Below are positions 1 through 11,400 of a stretch of DNA of 64,000 bases, one piece after another. The notes beneath the pieces are model-generated. The model was given only the letters and a program-made list of their open reading frames with translations, made no database searches and was not told the origin of the DNA. Both the position numbers and the translations under genes were made by a program. The stretch is taken from IMG/VR virus record IMGVR_UViG_3300020475_000546, positions 1-64,000 of that record; one strand, given 5' to 3'. Positions within the stretch are counted from its first letter, which is position 1; each line of letters opens with the position of its first letter. Source of the stretch: an uncultured virus (IMG/VR IMGVR_UViG_3300020475_000546) (taxonomy: Duplodnaviria; Heunggongvirae; Uroviricota; Caudoviricetes).

Positions 1-189
1 TACTGTGTGCGTGTTTCGATTGGAGTTTGATGTGTGGTAATCATTTATTGTAGTCGGAACTACGCCATTCAACAAAGCTCTCTCATTGAAGTTAGTCAGC
101 GTTGGACTGGCTAACACATCAGTATCTCTTAATCCATCATTCTGATAGGATTGTTCCGCAGATTCATGCCCTTGACCCAAGCCCGCCAT
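1..189 (-). CDS. 5' part of a putative tail/baseplate-region protein (runs off window; MAGLGQGHESAEQSYQNDGLRD...)
   Basis: ATG at 189 preceded by GGAGG; 63 open codons to the window edge; follows the tail-tip genes. Confidence 0.65.
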   Translation of the reverse strand, partial: MAGLGQGHESAEQSYQNDGLRDTDVLASPTLTNFNERALLNGVVPTTINDYHTSNSNRNTHTV

Positions 190-265
190 CAATTATCCCT
201 CCTGTCAATGCTGACAGCTTTTTTCAGCAAATTGGGGCGGTGGCGAAATTGAGAATATGAGTCCA

Positions 266-607
266 TCAGCGTACCTCCAGTAGAACATCCACCTTTATTT
301 CATTGGTCGAGTCCTTTGTAATCGGCATGAATGTAGCACGGTAGGCAGGGGTGTCAAGTGCCGTGTCGCCATGCACTACCAGCTCTTTGATTGATTGGGA
401 TGAGGATTGCTGAGTATCAAATATAGCTGATACAGATAGGGTTCTATCATCTATCCTTCTTACATTGGGCGTAACTGTAATCTGAGGATTACCCGCCCCA
501 CCGTCTTTACTTGAAGAATCTCCACCCGTTGAACCCAATGTCATCCTTGTAACTAATGTGGAGAGATGGTCGGTAAGAGCTGACTTGAGAGTATCTAACA
601 CAGGCAT
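266..607 (-). CDS. small tail-tip/baseplate protein
   Basis: 113 aa, beta-strand-rich; start overlaps the upstream stop (TAATG); position after the tail-tip hub. Confidence 0.55.
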   Translation of the reverse strand: MPVLDTLKSALTDHLSTLVTRMTLGSTGGDSSSKDGGAGNPQITVTPNVRRIDDRTLSVSAIFDTQQSSSQSIKELVVHGDTALDTPAYRATFMPITKDSTNEIKVDVLLEVR

Positions 608-3600
608 TATTTCACCACATAAAATATTGATTTTGATTGACCGATAGGCAAAGCTCGCTTATTCCCACTACGCACACCTATTTTCCCCATTCCTTTTGCC
701 TCTTTCGCACCGATGAGGAATCCTCTATTGCTCACGGAACGAACTGATATACGATGAACCGCCTTTACTTTGATAGCCCCAGATACTGCAAGCTCAACCA
801 AATCTACAATCGTAGAAGCTGACTCATCTGTTGGTTCATTCGTTGAAGATACAGATTGCAGATCGGACAGCAGACCTTCAATTCCTTTGTCATATTGGCC
901 TACTACAAAGTTACTCTCAAGCCGATTGTAATTGTGTTCAGACTCAAAGACAGCATATTCTCCCCTTAGACCATGTAGTGGTAAATCAATGTTAATCATA
1001 TCTCCGGGTGTTATATCTGTAGCTCGAACAGCACCCTTGATTTCTATTACAGGTGTGGTATTCTCCGTTCTTGCTAAGATTGACTTGGCTAACTTCATGG
1101 CTTCCTGTTTGGTTTTCAAACCGGGAATGTTTTGTCTTAGAACTCTTGCTAAGTTGGATGTAGCACCCCTACCTGCTTCGCTTCTCATCCTTTCTGGGTC
1201 TTTGATAGCAACGAATACCTTCTCATTAGAAGCTAAATCATCACCACTAACAATCACTTCATTAGGCGAATCTATCATACGACTAACTCCAACCGACTTG
1301 ACGATACTCCCCATACCGATAGTAGCACCCTTATTTTTGAAGGTACTACTGCCGTATATCAGCCCGCCATTTCTTTCATTGACGAGCTGGCGACCATCTA
1401 ACTGAGTCAGATTCTTTATTGCTTCCATGATGCTTATGCCCCTTGTCTTTCGAGCTACGAATGTTGAAGAATGGTCATTGATGATGCGTAATGAAGGATG
1501 AGCTTTGAGTGTATCAGATATATCTCTATCATTAGCAATCAACGCAGAAGTCGGTGTAACATTGTATCCCGCCACATCAGCTTCAGCATCATCTAACATC
1601 ATCAAAGCTGCATCCGATGTTCTGATACCTACATACCCTAACTGGCCCAGAAGAATACCATTCTCCACATCCAAACCATGATCGGATAATGTATCTGCAT
1701 TGATATTCTTGAAAATTAAGGATGTGGTGTGGTTTTCAATCTTGACTCCACCTACTCTCAATCTCATACCATTCTTATCAAATAGATATGGTGGAGAGAA
1801 TGTTTCAGACAGCTCCCTACCATCAATTCTTATCTTTTGAATAGATGTTGATATGTTTTTCAGCTCAGCTATATTCTTACTGTTGGCTATCTTCAATGGC
1901 CTTTGACTGGTCATGATAAAGTCGGATGGATCGTATTCCAATAGGCCACGATATGTTAGAGATGTTTCTTTCACGGAATCTAATGATGTATCGTATCTTC
2001 TCCAGCTGTCTGATTCCAATTTAGCTATTACAAGTGTGTTGTCCGTTAATGTTGGTATGACTGGATAGGGTAGTGTGAGCGACCTTATGTCGTTGATGGT
2101 TGATGGTGAGGCTACGGTTGTGTAATGCAACACCTTGCCTTCTAAATCCCCAACAGATGTGTATCCTGTGATAGTGTTGCCGGATTGCGTGAGCTTGTTG
2201 CCCGATTTAGCGGAGTAAGAAAACTTGCCGCTTATTCCCGGTATGAATAAGACACCGGATGAGGGAAGTATGCTTGCATCATCAAGTATTAGGAAGGTGC
2301 TACCCGCAGTATAGTGGGATTTGACTTCAAAAGAAGGATAGGTTCTCATCAATGATTTCATTGAGATGTGCGTGACCTCATCTTCTAATCCGTGCTTAGC
2401 AAAGTCGCCACCAATGCCTGTTCCATCGTTGATATAACGAACTTGTGTTTGATATATCGGCTCACCACCACCGGGATGAAGCGTTTGAGAATATCGGGGT
2501 TCTATCTCTGGGTTAAATGAACCGTCAATTGTTTTTCGAGCTGCGTCTGATTTGAAGAATTGAAGCATAGATGCCGTTGGAATCAGATGCCACGCTATGT
2601 CGTAGTCATTCGCATCAGGCCAATCCATAGTGAATGCACCTTCGGGTGAGCCAACGAAACTACTGTTGCCTAGTCCTTGAGATACATCGGTTTCAAACAG
2701 ACCATATCTTCCATCTCTTGTGAATGGCTGATATGCTATGTTATCAGTATTGGTCGTTTTACATCTCGCACCATGAGTCCAACCATCTTGCAGAAGGCTT
2801 GATGCAAAACCAAATAACTTCAACGGCCTTACAGGTCTAACGATATAATCAACATACTTTCTTCGAGGATGACTGGTCATCGGTTTTCCGCCCGTGCCGA
2901 ATATCTCAGTAGATAATGACCCCTCTTGTGATCTGTTTAGGTAGCTCTTACGAAGGACATAGACTCCGCCCCAAGCAGGTAAATCTGCTGAACCCCTAAC
3001 TGCCCAAGCGTCAAGTGCATGGCTATTTGAATGCACTACGGGTTCTTCTGTTGTACCCGAACCAACAGTTACGGACACTAACGCATTTGACCCTGCATTA
3101 CTGAATACGATTGTAGGTTCTGAAGTATAACCCGAACCCCCATTTGTCATGGTAATGCTCTTTACCGATCCTGTTGAGGTCATAGAGGCAGTTACTGTTC
3201 CATGAGGAATAGATAAGGTAGGTGCTGTTTCATACCCTGCACCTGCATTAGTTGTTGATACACCACTCAAAGAACGAGTAGCAGATGCAAGAGTCGGTGA
3301 AAGAGATGCAAGCGTAATCCCGCCAAGAAGCAAAGGAGCTGTTACTGTGGGGTTAGATGTGTATCCCGAACCATAGTTAGTAACATGGATCTGCCTTACT
3401 GTTCCCGAACTCGCAGCCGTGTTTAGAGTCACGGTTGGCGCACCGTTGCCGAATTGGTAATTTCCGGGATAAGCTTCCCACAGTGAACCTGCGTTAAATT
3501 GTAATTCGTAAGACAAGGTGTGATTAGATTGGAAATGGTTGCCCCCAGAAAGTGTATTATTTGTAAGCACTTGAGTTACTTCATTTAGATTCAATGTTAG

Positions 3601-6600
3601 TATAGCTTGCGTAGCATTGGTGTTAGGATAATAATCGCTACCACTTTTAGCACCGTTAATCAATAATCTCCATGACGAACCCGCTTCAAAGGAATCACTC
3701 AATCGCATAGCAGTTGAGCCTGTTACATCTACTGCTGAAAGTGCGTGTCCTACATAGTAAGTAGCTGCAAAGTTAGAACCGCCCCCACCCGATACTCCAC
3801 AGCCCGCATTGGTGTTGTTGTATCCGCTACCCGCAGAAGAAATTGAAATTGAAGAAACCGCAGCACCATCTGATGTAGTCGTATATGTTCCTGTAAAAGC
3901 CGTTGTAGGATTACCACCCGATACCGATATGCTTCCCCCCGTTTCACTTGAGCTGTAAGCCCCTGAACCACCGCTATGAGATAGTCCAGATACAGATTTA
4001 TTCACGATGTAAGTACCTGCAAAGCTTGAACCGCCACCACCAGAAGCTGTTAATGTTCCATCAGAATATCCCGAACCACCTGCTGTGAGTGATAGTGCCG
4101 TTATTGCAGCACCGCCCATTCCCTTTGCATCATCACTATCTGGACTCCATGTCGGAGCTACATATTCATTTGAGTGGGTGACTGTGCTACCTGCCCCCCC
4201 ATCAAGTGTGAATGCGTCTTTCTCAAGCTTGGTCTTAACAACCCAAGAAGGCGTGATTGGGAAGTGCTGACCTACTGATAAGTCTGTATTTAGAGAGGTC
4301 GCTTTTGTTCCCATAATTTGGTATTCAACCGTTTTATTGAGGTTTCTTTCATTCTCAGTATCAATAATCAATCCCAATCTTGGTTCGGTTCTTGATTGAA
4401 CTTGGCGATGGTCGGCTATTTCAGATAGAGGAATTGCTTTCACGGTTTTAGTGGCGTTATTACTTGAATTGTATGTAGCCTCTCCCCATCCTGTTGTAGG
4501 ATAGTGTGTTTTCTTCTCACCGTTAGATGCAGCGAGCTGACGCATCCCTGAATGGTCAATTGCTGACGCATTGGTATGCAAAGCATTTCCTCGAAGGTGA
4601 TAGAAGCCACCTGTTACCCCAAATGCTGTTGTTTCACCGACAGCAGAACTCGATTTTGATTGATCGTAGGATTTTGAACCAGTATATTGCGTTAGGTCAA
4701 TGAATGGATCCGAACCTTTGTTGTGAGGTCTTGCTTTCAACGGTGTTTCAAGGTATTCTGTATCCCAAAGACCTGCGGGCATGGATGTAGGGAGAGTCAT
4801 CCCCCCAGATTCAAGTCCTAATGTAATTCCGATACCAATTGGTGACTCTCCCGAATTGACGGGCAGATTAGACCTTCTTACTGTGCTTGAGTAAGGTGTA
4901 GCATCAGCCGTATGCCCGCTAAGGACTAATCCAATAGGGGTTGAACGCTCAACACCGGAGTAATCTTTGTCGAAGAACCAAGAAGCACCGTGATCTGTGG
5001 CGTTAGGTATTTTCTGAACGGAATCATGTATTCCACCGTCAAATCTTGCCTTACCATATACTCCTTGTGTGTTAGTGCCTTCATTGGGGTCGCCCGCTAA
5101 CATATCCAGTGCATCTGAAGCTGTCCTAATGCCCCATGCCCTTATTGGTAATCTCCTACTCATATCATAGGCGACCATACTATCTCTAACTGCTATATAT
5201 TTCGTGAAAGTTTGACTATCGGTATCCACATCATAAGATATGATACCACCTTCTCTCTCTGGATTGATACCATCTCCTATACCTTCACCTCTTGAGTATC
5301 TTATATTCTCATATTGTTTGAGTAATCTGATAGTGCCGTGCGGTTCTCTAACAGTAGTATGACCCATAAGGACAGCATTCGCACTACGCAAACCATCTGT
5401 ATTCCCATGTCCTCCAGCATTCAATCCGTTGTATCCATAATTCTGAAGCCATTGATACACATATAGTCGTTCTATCGGAAGTGCGTTTTCAGCTTGAGCT
5501 GTGGTGGATGCGTGTGAATGATTACGCAGATACAGTCCTCTTACGGGTGGGTAGTTGAGAGAACGGGGCATCCCTGCTTCCCGATAGCGGAATGTGAGGA
5601 AGTGTTCTCGGCTTGTTCCAAAGAAAGCGGGATGATTGTATTCGGCAAGCCAATTACATAGAAATGCGTCAGGTTTTGCACCCGTTCCGGTGTTCGAAGC
5701 ACCAAGGAGAGCTAAATCTGCGTTGCTTGCCGTTATACCACCACCCCCACTATTCCGTGCAGCCAAATTGACATACTCAGGGTCGTGACACAAGAGAGGT
5801 GGGACTGTTGCTAACTCCGTGCCGATTCGGGGTACTGCTACGCCTTCTTCCCTTCCTGTTACGAAGTAAGCAGACGAACCAACATAGGTAATTGTAGGTA
5901 TTGGAGAGCCACCACCGAGATGGTAGTCCCCAAGCAATATACCGTTTATACTGACTTCTGAGGCCGTGTTATAGCGTGTTCCGCCCGATAATGCAGTAGC
6001 TAAAGTGAGCTTTGTAGGGCCAGCTACTGAGAAGGAAGCATCTTCACTTAATGCACCCCTTCTGACTTGATTCCCCGCCCCTAATCGTTTAGTGTGTTCT
6101 TGTCCGGGTGCAATAAGGTAGTCCAAATCATCTCTTGGCGTGACTGAGTTGTATGCAGCTTTCACATCGGGCAATCTGAATCCCTTAATTTCACCCAATG
6201 GAAGCCCGTCTGAGGCAAAAGAACCTGTTGAGTGGTCATACCCCGTCTGAGCCTTTGTATCAAGCGTATCAAGCTCAAATACGGTAGTGCTGTTAGAACT
6301 CTTACCCGATCCAAAGCCATGATGCTTGTGTTCTGTTTCAGCTTCAAACAACAAAGTGTAGGAAGAACCGTGAGAACGATGCAATTGTCGCCTCATAGCA
6401 GACGGTGTGCCTCGGTGCATTAACGGGGTAACGAAACTGTGTCCTTGCCGTGCAAAGCGTATTCTATGGTGTGGATAGGCATTTCCTGTGGGGCTACCGT
6501 TGTTCGTTTGAGTCAATACCGAACCTCTTTCTGCATGGTCAGTTATTCTATGTGCTGAGAATAAGCGTGTAGTACCGCTTGGAACAGCACCAGCGGGGGT

Positions 6601-8430
6601 ATGAGGGGTTAGACCCTGTTTCGTGCTTAAATCGGGATGCAGAAGCCTTTGTGTGTGGAAAATTAGTGTGCGGTCATGAGTGTCAAATTGGGAAGCTTCG
6701 TTTGAATCCTCAGCTATACCGGGTTTTCGAGGGTCGGGGGCGGTCAATCCACCCAACCCCCAAGTCATGTTTGAATGAGCTTGGATGCGATCATGCCCGC
6801 TTCTAACGAATATTTCTCCCGGTATTTCGGATGGGTCTGGAAGCTGGATTGCGAGATTTGGCGTTAATTTGCCGTCTGTTGTTGATGGCCCTGTAACTTC
6901 TTCTCCTGTAATTGGATCTTCTCTTGTGTTCTGTAGCTTGTAATCTTGAATCACTACGCCCCAAGGCGAACCACCGAATAAAGTCAATATGTTGCCTTGG
7001 TCGTCTTTGGTAGTCAAATCATCAAAGACCATATTCTCATTACTTATCTGCAACCCCCTAACTTTGGATGATGTGTTCAAGGATTTGGTAGTGAATATGG
7101 GTCGAGGGGCGTACCTATCGTTATCATATTTCAGACCTTGAGCTACAAAGTCACCAGAATATGTGGTCACGGATGTTAATTCATCAGTAGTATGGGCGAC
7201 TATATTCGTGGATGTGCCTGTTGTTGCCTTGTATCCTTCCTTAGTATGGAGTATATCTCCCGAAGTCATAGGTAGCTTAGTCCCATATTCCATATTCGCC
7301 ATCTTAACCTTGTTAGAACCTGTGGTATCTGAATCAACCTTTGTGATTCCTCTAAGAGATGGCTGTGTTACTGTGTAATCAGGCGGGGGAATATCGGGCA
7401 GGTCGCATGAGTTAAGTCCCTCTATGCTAAATCGGACATATCCGTGTCCCGATGAATGAGCTGTTGCTACTGACCCCTTACAATCGTAGTTAGTCGCAGG
7501 TAGCCCCATGTTGCCCCCATCTAACGGTTTAGCTAACAGATTCCATGTAGGAACGCTTTGCCCCAATCCTTGAATTACTGGGCCACCATTAGCTGGCGAC
7601 CAATAGTTGTGATCGCTATCCCAATTCGGGCTTGTAGCCCGTTGTTCCCAAGTAAGCACTATTGTATGCTTCTCCGGCTCACCCGCAATCTCAAAGGTTG
7701 CACCGCTAAGTGTATCAGGATGGCTACTCACTTGAGTAATAGTTGATGATAGGTTTTCTGTAATAGTGAAGTTGGCTTTGCTATCCTGTCCTGTGACTAC
7801 ATGGCCTAATCGCTTAGGGCCATAGTAATATCCAGATATGTTAGTGTAATTCAAAGTTAGATTTGTATGACTGGAATCATTGTAAGTAATTGTTCCTGTT
7901 GTAGGCAAATCGGAAGGGAATCCATTTCTGTAAGCCCCGTCAAACCTCAATATCAAATTGCTATCGCTTGTTGTTCTAAACGCAGATCCTGTGTATGTCG
8001 GCTTCCCAGACATTCTAACATACCTTGCTCGAAGATACCTTGTTCCGTTCTTTGATACCTGTTTTACCCGCCTACTGTTTATTTTCGCAGCGATAGCTCT
8101 TGTTGCTTCTTGGCTTCCTAAGTTGTATGTGAAGCCTGTTCCATTACTGCCCAAATCAGCATTGAGCTGATGCAAATCAACCACTATTACATTGTCAGCT
8201 TCAGATGGTACAGAAGATGTTGCTAATGGCGTTCTAATAAGTACCGTTAGCCCTTGCTTCCAGTTATTGCTATTAGCACCATACTGCCAAGTGGTAACAT
8301 CATCTGCGTATTCAGTATTGGGATAAGTAATGTGCATGGCGAAATAACCGCTTGCGGGATAACCGGATGCACCAGCTAATGGTTTGACTACTGCGGGGTA
8401 TAACTGCTTGGTATAACGAGTCATCACCAT
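607..8430 (-). CDS. giant tail-tip/baseplate protein (2607 aa) with an internal Gly/Ser GSGY repeat insertion
   Basis: Size and position after the TMP; C-terminal hub-like segment (DITPGDMINIDLPLHGL); internal G-S-G-Y-x-x-x-P-T repeats. Confidence 0.65.
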   Translation of the reverse strand: MVMTRYTKQLYPAVVKPLAGASGYPASGYFAMHITYPNTEYADDVTTWQYGANSNNWKQGLTVLIRTPLATSSVPSEADNVIVVDLHQLNADLGSNGTGFTYNLGSQEATRAIAAKINSRRVKQVSKNGTRYLRARYVRMSGKPTYTGSAFRTTSDSNLILRFDGAYRNGFPSDLPTTGTITYNDSSHTNLTLNYTNISGYYYGPKRLGHVVTGQDSKANFTITENLSSTITQVSSHPDTLSGATFEIAGEPEKHTIVLTWEQRATSPNWDSDHNYWSPANGGPVIQGLGQSVPTWNLLAKPLDGGNMGLPATNYDCKGSVATAHSSGHGYVRFSIEGLNSCDLPDIPPPDYTVTQPSLRGITKVDSDTTGSNKVKMANMEYGTKLPMTSGDILHTKEGYKATTGTSTNIVAHTTDELTSVTTYSGDFVAQGLKYDNDRYAPRPIFTTKSLNTSSKVRGLQISNENMVFDDLTTKDDQGNILTLFGGSPWGVVIQDYKLQNTREDPITGEEVTGPSTTDGKLTPNLAIQLPDPSEIPGEIFVRSGHDRIQAHSNMTWGLGGLTAPDPRKPGIAEDSNEASQFDTHDRTLIFHTQRLLHPDLSTKQGLTPHTPAGAVPSGTTRLFSAHRITDHAERGSVLTQTNNGSPTGNAYPHHRIRFARQGHSFVTPLMHRGTPSAMRRQLHRSHGSSYTLLFEAETEHKHHGFGSGKSSNSTTVFELDTLDTKAQTGYDHSTGSFASDGLPLGEIKGFRLPDVKAAYNSVTPRDDLDYLIAPGQEHTKRLGAGNQVRRGALSEDASFSVAGPTKLTLATALSGGTRYNTASEVSINGILLGDYHLGGGSPIPTITYVGSSAYFVTGREEGVAVPRIGTELATVPPLLCHDPEYVNLAARNSGGGGITASNADLALLGASNTGTGAKPDAFLCNWLAEYNHPAFFGTSREHFLTFRYREAGMPRSLNYPPVRGLYLRNHSHASTTAQAENALPIERLYVYQWLQNYGYNGLNAGGHGNTDGLRSANAVLMGHTTVREPHGTIRLLKQYENIRYSRGEGIGDGINPEREGGIISYDVDTDSQTFTKYIAVRDSMVAYDMSRRLPIRAWGIRTASDALDMLAGDPNEGTNTQGVYGKARFDGGIHDSVQKIPNATDHGASWFFDKDYSGVERSTPIGLVLSGHTADATPYSSTVRRSNLPVNSGESPIGIGITLGLESGGMTLPTSMPAGLWDTEYLETPLKARPHNKGSDPFIDLTQYTGSKSYDQSKSSSAVGETTAFGVTGGFYHLRGNALHTNASAIDHSGMRQLAASNGEKKTHYPTTGWGEATYNSSNNATKTVKAIPLSEIADHRQVQSRTEPRLGLIIDTENERNLNKTVEYQIMGTKATSLNTDLSVGQHFPITPSWVVKTKLEKDAFTLDGGAGSTVTHSNEYVAPTWSPDSDDAKGMGGAAITALSLTAGGSGYSDGTLTASGGGGSSFAGTYIVNKSVSGLSHSGGSGAYSSSETGGSISVSGGNPTTAFTGTYTTTSDGAAVSSISISSAGSGYNNTNAGCGVSGGGGSNFAATYYVGHALSAVDVTGSTAMRLSDSFEAGSSWRLLINGAKSGSDYYPNTNATQAILTLNLNEVTQVLTNNTLSGGNHFQSNHTLSYELQFNAGSLWEAYPGNYQFGNGAPTVTLNTAASSGTVRQIHVTNYGSGYTSNPTVTAPLLLGGITLASLSPTLASATRSLSGVSTTNAGAGYETAPTLSIPHGTVTASMTSTGSVKSITMTNGGSGYTSEPTIVFSNAGSNALVSVTVGSGTTEEPVVHSNSHALDAWAVRGSADLPAWGGVYVLRKSYLNRSQEGSLSTEIFGTGGKPMTSHPRRKYVDYIVRPVRPLKLFGFASSLLQDGWTHGARCKTTNTDNIAYQPFTRDGRYGLFETDVSQGLGNSSFVGSPEGAFTMDWPDANDYDIAWHLIPTASMLQFFKSDAARKTIDGSFNPEIEPRYSQTLHPGGGEPIYQTQVRYINDGTGIGGDFAKHGLEDEVTHISMKSLMRTYPSFEVKSHYTAGSTFLILDDASILPSSGVLFIPGISGKFSYSAKSGNKLTQSGNTITGYTSVGDLEGKVLHYTTVASPSTINDIRSLTLPYPVIPTLTDNTLVIAKLESDSWRRYDTSLDSVKETSLTYRGLLEYDPSDFIMTSQRPLKIANSKNIAELKNISTSIQKIRIDGRELSETFSPPYLFDKNGMRLRVGGVKIENHTTSLIFKNINADTLSDHGLDVENGILLGQLGYVGIRTSDAALMMLDDAEADVAGYNVTPTSALIANDRDISDTLKAHPSLRIINDHSSTFVARKTRGISIMEAIKNLTQLDGRQLVNERNGGLIYGSSTFKNKGATIGMGSIVKSVGVSRMIDSPNEVIVSGDDLASNEKVFVAIKDPERMRSEAGRGATSNLARVLRQNIPGLKTKQEAMKLAKSILARTENTTPVIEIKGAVRATDITPGDMINIDLPLHGLRGEYAVFESEHNYNRLESNFVVGQYDKGIEGLLSDLQSVSSTNEPTDESASTIVDLVELAVSGAIKVKAVHRISVRSVSNRGFLIGAKEAKGMGKIGVRSGNKRALPIGQSKSIFYVVK

Positions 8431-11400
8431 ACCCCCTTAGCATCCCATAAAGCCGTTGCATCGGCTTGTGTCAATGGATAATTATGTATTGCTACATTTG
8501 ATAGCGTTCCCGAAAAGAAGAGGGTATCGCTAATATCCATTCTTCCATCATTAGCCCCATCGGATGCGTCTATGAATGTGCCATCAGAACCTTTCTTGGC
8601 TATATGACTCATCTCCACATAGGAACTGCTTGTTATTGCATCATAGGGATGTTGATACATTTTTCCAATCATATTCGTAGTTGTTGAAGAACCGAAACTA
8701 ATTTTCTTCAATGCAGAAACGCCAATCAAACTCATCTTTGTTGCAGCAGTAGTGCCGAGAGCTGAGGGTATGGATGCTGCAACATAGAGAGCCGAAGATG
8801 AAGAAGTAGTAGATACATTCACTTCATTACTCAAAGAACCCCCATCGTGAACTCTTCGAGATGTGGTAATGTCTTGCATTCCTGTTAAATTAACAGTCCC
8901 AATATCCCATGAACCGCCTATGTTGTTGCCACCGAACTTCAACCCCGTTGCGTTAGCCAAATAGATTGTTGCGTTATCGCCTGACTTAGATGCAACAACA
9001 CAAGACCATGCGTCACGATCTATTCTCAGCCCGCCCCTATCTACATCATTAAAAACCACTTTCTTATTACCCGATGATGTGGCATAACAGAAGGCGACTT
9101 GGATATACTGATTCACACCCGCATTCTTTCCAGCTAAAAACAAACCCCAAGGCCGACCATTGGAATCTAAACCGGAGATTATTGGCCCACAAGTAGGATT
9201 TGATAATGACCCCTGATTAAAGAATGCACTAATTGAAAAATCAGTCCGGCAATCAAAATCTGCCATTGGCCCATACTCAGCTTCTACACCCGAATTGTAA
9301 TTGTATAGCGCAATACACTGGTCTTTCTCTCCTGTTCCGCCATCATTAAACTGAATGCCTTTATCTGCACTATCAACGCTATTTGCAGGGCCATTTACAA
9401 GCGTGAAATTAGCACCTGTTCCTGTTACACGAATCGGGGATCCATATATGTCCTCAGTCATTTGGGCATTGTTCTGACTATGAGAACCCGATGCAACCGT
9501 TTCATTCATCCTCACATATACTCGGCAACCATCAACCATGTTACCAGAACTATCCACGATTAACTTGTGATGGAATCCTCTTAGGGTGTTTTCGTTTATC
9601 GTATCTTCATTTGTTATGTCTGTAAAATCAAGAACGGCTGAAGCTGTTGATGTTTCGTGTAGGTTTTGGAATCCGCTAAATCCGGTAGGGCCTTTAGATA
9701 GGAAGTGTTTGTAGTCCGATGAGTAATCATTTGCCGTTCCATCGCTTATATCAAGCACCACACCCGTATGACCGCCACCAAAGAACACTATCCCATTGGG
9801 ATCGAGGCGAGGCCAAAGAATCTCAACATCTATGTTGTTAATCTCCGTAGCTGCATCTCCTACATCCTCATAGAATATCTGATAGAAAGAATCCAAATCC
9901 TCTCTGGGATATATCTTGTGGATATAGAATGCGTTTGTTGATGTTCCCGAACCTACCGATTGACTGATGTATTCAAAATCGGCTAATTGACCTTTTACTC
10001 TCATTATGCCTTTGTTAGCAGCAGAAGTCAATGCCCCTATCCTCTTCATCCAATCCTCAGTTTTTATGCTAACAGCTAATCCTGAGATATATCCTGTTGA
10101 TACTGCTGATGATACATTTGCTTGAGGAAATACCATTTTGCCGTTCCATAGTGCGTATGTATTTCCATCGGATGTTTGAACAACGGAAGGAGTTGCGACT
10201 GTCTTTATCTTGCATACGCCACCTAACCCATCGTATGACCTTATGTTGCCCTCGGCATCGTGTATAGAGCCGTGCGGTGCGCCTCTAAATGTGGATATAG
10301 GTACATAGGTTTCTCCATCCGAACCTATCGGTAACGGTGCAGGGAATGAGTTGGGGTGATACGACCTACTATTGTTAGCCGACAACCCCCCATACCCTAT
10401 TACCGTAGCTGGTTTGTAGGCATAGGGTGTGTTGTTGTTGATGTGTACGCAGAAGTTTCTGCCTGTTGCACCGGGAACGGTACTGTGTATTACAATTGAA
10501 GCCCCTGCTTCACCATCTCTACTCTCAGTATCCTTGCCCATGAAAGCTCGAACATACCCCATGTGCGTTCCTGTATCTGCATTAGTCGTAGCAAACAAAG
10601 GTGGCGGGTCAAAGGCACTACCACTTTGACTATTCTTAGCTTGGGGATGGCCCGCCATGTTGATTCGCCTAATGACTTCTTCAACACATAGATTGAAGTC
10701 GCCCATTTTGACGGCAATATCGTTGAAATCTAGCTCTAATGGTCGAACATAGTCCAATGCAGAACCATCGGATTTTTTGCCTTTCAATGAAAGGTGGCTA
10801 CATTTCATTATGACTGGAGGATCGGTATAACGGTCAGCAGATGCTTCTTGAACCTCAGCTATATCCCAATCAAAGGCTTCCATGTTAGGGCCTTCTTTGA
10901 TTAGGTATCGAGCTACATTATCGGGGTCTTGTTGTCTTGCAGATGAAGTCTTGCCTAACAAATTACAAGCTGCGGTAGCCATTTCTTCAGCTAACAATGG
11001 TGCTAATTTTGAGAACTCATAACCATCTAACGAGCTTGGTGTACCATGTGCTGAGTTGTAAGCTGCAATTACATCAGCCAAACTAGCTATGAAGTCTGCA
11101 TTTGTTACTGCGGTTGAGCTGTTACTACCATCTGCGTTTTGCACATACCCTACGCCCAAGTGTATGTATCCGCCCAATGTAGCTACAGAACCTGTAAAAA
11201 GCCCGTTAGGTGTTGTTGAGTCTTGGTCGGCCAATGTCACTGGATGGCGTATGGGGATTCCATTTACTCTCGTCAAAGTAGTGGCGTTGGTATATGTGAC
11301 CTTTACTAATTGACCTAAGCCATCGTTAATCGTAGGATGGCCTTCACCTATTGTGATCCAAAATGTATTATCACAATAATCTGCACTACCCCTCTCCAAA

